Source: Octopus vulgaris (lineage: Eukaryota). Taken from it: DNA of 64,000 nucleotides. Position numbers and translations under genes: made by a program. Within the stretch, counting starts at the first letter, position 1. The number at the start of each line of letters is the position of its first letter. The stretch covers positions 31,806,001 through 31,870,000 of the forward strand of contig OX597834.1 of assembly GCA_951406725.2 (NCBI GenBank). The letters are read 5' to 3'. The notes under the pieces were generated by a model that saw only the letters and a list, made by a program, of their open reading frames with translations, was not told the DNA's origin and did no database searches. Of this stretch, positions 56,677 through 64,000 are shown in pieces.

Positions 56677-57068
56677 AACAATCTGTTTAATGAGGTCAAA
56701 GCTATTTTACTTACAGTCTTCATTATTTTCAAACTTAATTGACATCAAGAGAATATATTTCAACAAGAATAGGGTTACAAAAGAGTTAACGAAGAAAAGA
56801 GAGAAAGCAAAGACTGTCTGTGTAATTTTAGGAAGATTTAACTTCTATTTCTAGCAGTTTGAATGATTGCACAGTGGTTTCCTCGTTGCCCCTGGGCTTT
56901 CTACAACGTTTTGGGTGGTGGTAGTGTGAGAGATAATAAATGTATCAATGAGTGAAGGGGAGGAGGAGGGGCAGTGAAAGACCATGTGACAGGAAGGGGA
57001 GACAGTAAAAGAGGAAGTTGGTATGAAACTGTGGCATGGGGGAGGATGGTGGTAAATTATTGCAGTGT
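56677..57068 (+). repeat. Direct local duplicate of about 50085-50463
   Basis: atctgtttaatgaggtcaaagcta...ggtggta present at both loci with high identity. Confidence 0.9.
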
Positions 57069-57330
57069 GCTGCAAACTGATCTAGGTGTATTTACACCAT
57101 TTGTCTACATCGAGAAATTTTCTCTATGACAAAGCACAGTGAATGTCTCGCTTATAAATTCATACGTGCCACTGGCATATTCAAACGGGTAATAACATTG
57201 CATTTATGCACTTCACTGCTTGGCACTCTCACCTCATAATTTATTTATGGTCAGCCAACATACAATGCCTGGAATAACATAGGAGACATTGTCTCTCTTA
57301 TCAGGTCGCAGCACCACCACCTGGTTTCTT

Positions 57331-57373
57331 TGACTGAAGAGGAGACAACTACCCCAAAATGTTTGCATATTAG
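57331..57373 (+). ncRNA. Degenerate second hammerhead copy of the same tandem repeat
   Basis: tga-CTGAAGA-ggagacaactacccc-AAAA-tgtttgca-TA-tta; GAAA box mutated; same flank (gtctggataggtgg) as the 56615 copy. Confidence 0.5.
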
Positions 57374-60300
57374 TCTGGATAGGTGGCGCTTCAAGCTGAT
57401 TTAGGTATGTTTACACCATACCAAGAAATTTTCTCCACAACATGAGATACTTAATGGCTTGTTTACAAATTCAAACATGCCACAAGCATACTTGAACTGG
57501 TGACAAATTTGTATTTGTACTCATCACTGCTTGGCTCTCCCCTTCCATAACAGGCTTCTTTTGGTTTCCATCAATCAAATTCACTCACAAGGCTTTGGTC
57601 ATGCTTTCCCAAGGTGCCACACAGTGGGACTGAACCCAAAACCATGTGGGTGGAACACAAACTCCTTACCTATTTCTTTACTACACACAAGGGGCTAAAC
57701 ACAGAGAGGACAGACAAACGGATTAAGTCGATTACATCGACCCCAGTACGTAACTGGTCCTTAATTTATCGACCCCGAAAGGATGAAAGGCAAAGTCGAC
57801 CTTGGCGGAATTCGAACTCACAACGTAACGCAGACGAAATACTGCTAAGCATTTCGCCCGGCGTGCTAACGTTTCTGCCAGCTAACGTTTTTACCATGTA
57901 GCCACACCTGCACCTGCTCGATATCTCCTAGGAAAGCAAGAAGATGAAATGAGGGTCTTGAATAGTTTTGTAAGAGAGTAAAACTGCAGTAAAGGTAAGA
58001 ATCTGGAGTGGCAAATTGATTGGAGCAAAATGGGGACAAATATATCGGGGTCCCATTACAGGTTTTTCTTTGCTTTAGAAATTAACTGGTTGTTGAGTAG
58101 GTGTGTAATTTGGAATTGATTATGGTATGTATAATGAATGTGTATGCATGTGTGTGTTTGGGAGTATATATGTATATGGTGTTTTTGTGTGTGAGTATAG
58201 TACATACATATATGCATGTATGGCATGTGGTGGGGACGTGTGTATGTGTTTATATATATATGTGTGTGTGTATGTAATGTGTGGTGGGGGAGTATATATG
58301 CATATACGGTGTTGTGTGTTGTATAACAGTCAATAGTTGTCTATCCAGTTTATGTAACAACTTGCTTGTTGTTTTACACATAAATGTTGCAGAAGGGGGT
58401 AGTGGGGATGGTGTGGTGCTGAGGCGGGGCAGGGTAGAGGGAACAATAACAGGCCAGTATTGGAGTATCTTACAGTGTGATTTCTCTAATTAGTCATCGA
58501 ACGGTCCTATTCCGCTGCCCCTTCTATCACCACCACTGTTACTACTACTACTACTGCACCTTACCAAATACTACCACCCCTGCTACTAACTATTACTAAC
58601 TACCATTACTACTTCTAAAACTATTACTGCAAATCTATCATTATGTTAGTGCAGTCTTTTGTAACATATACATGCATTTGTATTTGGGTGTGTATGGACA
58701 TGAATTCATATATGCACATGTACATACATTTACATATGGATGTGTGTATGTCATCATCATCCGTTTTCCATGCTAGCATGGGTTGGACGGTTCGACCAGG
58801 GTCTGCACCAGGCTCCAGTCTGATCTGGCAGTGTTTCTACAGCTGGATGCCCTTCCTAACGCCAACCACTCCGCGAATGTAGTGAGTGCTTTTTACGTGC
58901 CACCGGCACAGGTGCCAGGGGAGGCTGGCATCGGCCACGATCGGTTGGTGCTTTTAACGTGCCACTGGCACGGAAGCCAGTCAAGGCGGCGCTGGCGTGT
59001 GTAAATATAAATATGTATGTATATGTATGTATATAATTCTTATTATTAAGGTGGTAAGAAGGTAGCAAGCTGGCAGAATTGTTGGCACACTGGACAAAAT
59101 GCTTAGTGGTATTTCATCCATCGCTCTGTTCTGAGCGTACGTATGTATGTATGTATGTATGTATATGTATTATAGTAGGTGGGGAATTCCTGAATCTATA
59201 TAAAAGCCGTCTGTTTTCTCGATGCCACAGTATGACAACAATGGTTTTACATTAAAGAATGGCTTTATCTTTCCTAGCACACTGACTTGGTTCAAGTTTT
59301 GTATCACTGCTGGAACTGAAGTGTGCGGTGATGGCAGTTGTGGCATGGGAAAAGGTTGTGGTGTTTACAGTACTGGAGGGGGGTTGTGCTGGTGGGTATT
59401 ACAATAGCATTGTTGATGTTGGTGTGTGATGGTTTGGGTTGTGTAATATTTGTGTTCTGCTAGTAATGGTGGTTATAATGAAGTTGATGGTGGTGGTGAT
59501 GGTGATAACAATGAAGATCAGGATTGTTGTAGTGGTTGTCATGGCAGCAGTAGAAGCAGGGTTGGGAAGGGGGGACAGTGGTGGTTTCAGTAACAATGCG
59601 GTGGGTGGGCTGTAGAAACATGTCGCTGTTTAGCCCCAGGTCAACCCTGAATGAGCAGACTTACAATCAAAAGAATTCCAGCCATGACCTTCCTAGTTTG
59701 CCAAATCCATTCACAAGGTTTTCGTTTGCTCAGGGTTATAGAAGTCACTTGCTGAAGGTGCTGCACAGAGGGACTGAACCCAAAGCCATGTGGTTGGGAA
59801 GCAACTTCTGCTTTCATAGACATACATTGTCTCATCACTGTGTCCATATATATATATACACATGTGCGTACACGTATACACACTCACATGTCCCTCCCCA
59901 CATATGTATATCATTATTTAATGTGTTTGGCATGGATGGGTTGGACAGTTTGACGAGATCCATCAAGCTACAGTGTTGTGTTGAGCTCCAATGTCAGCTT
60001 TGGCACGGTTTCTATGGCTGGGTGCCATTCCTGATGCCAACCACTTCACAGAGTGTGGACTGAGTGCTTTCTTTCTTGCTAATGGCACAGGTGAGTGTTT
60101 GCCAGGTAACTTGCAAGGCAAGAAAGTACAGTAGAAAGAAAAAGGACCAAAGCCCCTTCATCTAAGCAGGAGGGAAGGGATTGAGGGAGAAGGAGGATGT
60201 GATTATATGCCTGGTGTTGAGGGGCTAAAATATCCGAGGACAGCCCAGGTACCTTGCTATTGAGTAAGCTACATGGCTACCTCACATGTGGTAGACATGT

Positions 60301-60632
60301 AGCTTATAGTGGTGGGTGGGATAAGCTGGAAAGGATATAGAAATGGTGGTGATGAGATGCCAGACCATCTCAAGATACAAGGGGATATGAGGGGAGAGTA
60401 GCAGACCTTTTCGGTTTTTTTTTCTGTTATTTGTTCCAGTCATTAAAGGGTGGCCATGCTGGGGCACCAAAACAAATTGACTCCAGTACTTACCTCTTTA
60501 ACCTTGCTACTTAATTCTATCAGTCTCCTTGCCAAACTGCTAAGTGACAGGATACACACCAGTACCAGTTGTCAAGCAGTGATGAGAGACAAACAGACAC
60601 ACACACACACGTGTGTGTGTGTGTATATATAT

Positions 60633-61040
60633 ATCATCATCATCATCATTTAACGTCCGTTTTCCATGCTAGCATGGGTTGGAAGGTTCAACTGGGGTCT
60701 GGGAAGCCAGAAGGCTGCGCCAAGCCCAGTCTGATCTGGCAGTGTTTCTACAGCTGGATGCCCTTCCTAACGCCAACCACTCCGAGAGTGTAGTGGGTGC
60801 TTTTTATATGCCACCTGCACAGGTACCAGAGGAGGCTGGCAAAACGACCATGATCGGGTGGTGCTTTTTACATGTCACCGGCACGGGGACCAGACGAGGC
60901 TGGCAACGGCCACAATCAGATGGTGCTTTTTACGTGCCACCGGCACGGAGGCCAGTCAGGGCGGCGCTGACAACGGCCACGTTTGGATGGTTCTCTTACG
61001 TGCCACTGGCACTGGTACCACAGCCACAATTTCCATTGAT
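60633..61040 (-). mobile_element. Family 4 short retroposon with (GAT)n tail and internal subrepeats (others at about 30111, 47835, 51260, 54132, 58750)
   Basis: (atc)n-tttaacgtccgttttccatgctagcatggg...ctggatgcccttcctaacgccaacc; resembles RTE-type 3' ends. Confidence 0.75.
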
Positions 61041-61051
61041 GTTGAACGATT

Positions 61052-61095
<44 letters not shown>

Positions 61096-61209
61096 CTTGC
61101 CGCTTTGTGGCCATGAAATATTGAACAGGGAACATGTCTACCATTGCTCTCTGAATAAAACCTATGTCAATTAAATTCTCCCTTTTTTTTATTTTTCCGT
61201 TTTCTTTAG

Positions 61210-61278
61210 GGTGGAGCAGCTGCTTTACTTGCTCAAGGTTTTGCTCAGTTCAACAAAGCCAGTCGTATGACCCAAGAG
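61210..61278 (+). CDS. Internal coding exon D (shared)
   Basis: Strong pyrimidine tract ending ttctttag|; 69 nt, GGAAALLAQGFAQFNKASRMTQE; donor GAG|GTAAGT; phase 0-0, continues the hydrophobic helix begun at the end of exon C. Confidence 0.85.
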
Positions 61279-61649
61279 GTAAGTTGTCAAGTTGTTTGAT
61301 CTTCCTGTTTGAATTTATCTCCTCATCTCCCCATTCTCCTTCTTTGATTTGCTTCTCCACCTTTCTCTCCTTTTGTTTTTTTCTTACATTCATTCTTCCT
61401 TCTTTATGTTTTACAACTTCTCTCTCCTTCTCTCTTCCTCTCTCTCTCCTTCTCTCTCTCTCTCTCTCTCTAGAAAGCCTGACTGTGAGAGAGATATAAG
61501 AGCATAAACATGTCTTCTAATATTTCAAGACTACAAAATGGTGAGCTGGCAGAATCGTTAGCACACCAGGTAAAATGCTTGGTGCACAGCATATCACATC
61601 TTTATGCACTGAGTTCAAATTCCACCAAGGTCGACTTTGCCTTTCATCC

Positions 61650-61940
61650 GACTCGTGGCTGATGCCAGCGCCGCCTCGACTGGCCTCCATGCCGGTGGCA
61701 CGTAAAATACACCAATCCGACCGTGGCTGTTCGCCAGCCTCGTCTGGCACCTGTGCAGGTGGCACGTAAAAAGCACCCACTACACTCACGGAGTGGTTGG
61801 CGTTAGGAAGGGCATCCAGCTGTAGAAACATTGCCAGATAAGACTGGAGCCTGGTGCAGCCTTCTGGCTTCCCAGATCCCCGGTCGAACCGTCCAACCCA
61901 TGCTAGCATGGAGAACAGACGTTAAACGATGATGATGATG
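61650..61940 (+). mobile_element. Family 4 retroposon in opposite orientation
   Basis: Reverse complement of 60633-60960. Confidence 0.8.
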
Positions 61941-62993
61941 AGTTACCTTTCTTCTCACCAAACCACACCCGTTCCCAAACAAGATCATATTTCCTCATGG
62001 CCAGACATGTTCTTCATGGAAGACTAGAAATAAAGACCCCACTTGTAGGGTGGTGACGCTTGTTTACTACAGCCATCATGTGATGTCGAGACAAGGATAC
62101 ACACAAACAGACAGGCTTCTTTCAGTTTTCCTCTACCAAATCCACGCTTGTGACTTTGGTCTGCCTGGAGCTGTAGTAGGAGACACTTCCCCAGGGTGCT
62201 ATGCAGTGGGACAGAATCTGGAGTCACATGACTGGGAAGCAAACTTCTTAATTAGGTTGTAGCACCTGTGTATGAAGAATATTGGTTAATCAATGACTTG
62301 GCTATCCACTACAGTGATAGCCTACTCTATGACTGCTTTATATAAAGGATGAATATTTTATGCTGTTGATTGGGGAAGGAAACCAGATACAACTTCTGTA
62401 TTGGAGAAGCATCTGGGGTAACTGCTCTTGCTCTTTGTTTTATATGAAGTGGAAGTGTTTAGTGGTGTCCTGTGATCCAAACAAAGTTAAAATAATCTCC
62501 TCTCTCTCTTTACTCATCTGTCTGTCTGTTGTTTATACATCTCTCACAGACTTCTCTCTCTGGGCTGTCTGTTTTATCTACTAAAATCTAAATACATTTT
62601 CATACACAATACTACACTCTGATACACACACACACACTCATTGTTCACATTGCACTCGTGATATTCCATTCACACACACACACATCACACACTCAACTCC
62701 ACTTAACATTCACAAGCCCACTCGCCCACACACATCCTCCACAGCAACCGCATCATGTATACACAACACACAATCCACTCAATACTACCCCCTACACACA
62801 GTCTACTACTACTCTACAGAACACACACACATGGCTCAACACAGATCCCATGCACACAAACACACACAATATACTCCACACAGCATTGCCCACCATGCCA
62901 TCCACATCCACCAGCCCAAGTAACAGCACTGGACATTTTTATTTCTTTATTCATGGAGTTATTAATTATATTATTAATAAGGTGGTCTAAGGT

Positions 62994-63380
62994 CTTTTAC
63001 TTGTTTCAGTCATTTGACTGCGGTCATGCTGGAGCACCGCCTTTAATCGAGCAACTCGACCCCAGGACTTATTCTTTTGTAAGCCCAGTACTTATTCTAT
63101 CGGTCTCTTTTGCCGAACTGCTAAGTAACGGGGACATAAACACACCAGCATCAGTTGTCAAGCACTGCTAGGGGGACAAACACAGACACACAAACAAGCA
63201 TATATATATATACATATATACGACGGGCTTCTTTCAGTTTCCGTTTACCAAATCCACTCACAAAGCTTTAGTCAGCCCGAGACTATAGTAGAAGACATTT
63301 GCCCAAGGTGCCACGCAGTGGGACTGAACCCAGAACCATGTGGTTGGTAAACAAGCTACTTACCACACAGCCACTCCTGC
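62994..63380 (-). mobile_element. SINE family 1 copy (others at about 1910, 3275, 10232, 26730, 28425, 34680, 40178, 46840)
   Basis: Same consensus as the copies above. Confidence 0.9.
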
Positions 63381-63959
63381 TGGACGAAATGCTTAACGGT
63401 ATTTCACCCATTGCTACACTCTAAGTTCAAATTCTGCCGAGGTTGACTTTGCCTTTCATCCTTTCGGGATTGATAAAATAAGTACCAGTTAAACACTGGG
63501 GTCGATGTAATCGACTCATCCCCACCTCCCCCAGCTGCCCTTGTGGCAAAAATCTGAAATAATAATTAATAAGGTGATGAGCAGGTAGAATTGTCAGCCA
63601 GCCTTGCCAGACAATTTCATCTGTCATTACATTCTGAGTTCAAATCCCACCAAGGTCTACTTTGCCTTTCATTTTTCCAGGGTCAATAAATTAAGTACCA
63701 AACAAGCAGCCCTGGGGGCCGATGTGATCAAACTTGGCCCCTCCCCCAGTATTTCAGACCCTGTGCCTTACAATAGATACGAATAAAATATTCGTGTTTG
63801 CAGCCTTTTTTATATATGAGTGTGCCTTGTGAATCGTGGGTAACAGAAATATCCTTACCTCACACACAGCGCTACAACCTGTGACCCAAGGAACTGCACT
63901 CAACGATTTTATTTATGTGTTTGTTTATTTGTGTATTTATTATTTTTTGTGTTTGTTTA

Positions 63960-64000
63960 TTTGTGTATTTCTTATTTTTAAAATTATTCTTGTTTTGCAG
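63960..64000 (+). other. 3' splice acceptor for the next exon (exon would start at 64001, outside the window)
   Basis: T-rich tract ending ttcttgttttgcag at the last base of the window. Confidence 0.65.

Overview
Eukaryotic, AT-rich, repeat-dense genomic DNA. The SINE families, (GATA)n/(TA)n microsatellites and CR1-type LINE fragments look like an octopus (coleoid cephalopod) genome; this is an inference from repeat content. Almost all ORFs in the supplied track are artefacts of repeats. One convincing plus-strand spliced gene encodes a multi-pass membrane protein with a TP53I11/PIG11-like motif pattern. It has TWO mutually homologous, ATG-initiated candidate first exons (25585-25755 and 41562-41798), both ending in phase 0 and both able to join shared downstream exons (55011-55154, 61210-61278, next acceptor exactly at 64000). 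A possible small divergent transcript starts about 280 bp upstream on the minus strand. The most unexpected signal is a set of minimal type-I hammerhead-ribozyme motifs (3049, 19453, 22102, 24565, 56615/57331, plus degenerate ones) in Penelope-like or retrozyme-like repeats, one of them a tandem ~320-nt monomer. Also present: a 554-bp near-perfect inverted duplication inside a LINE, local templated duplications, inverted repeats bracketing the shared exons, MITEs with clear TSDs, and a CpG-decay landscape that tracks the inferred promoters and gene bodies. Identities and CpG statements were judged by eye; repeat boundaries are approximate.
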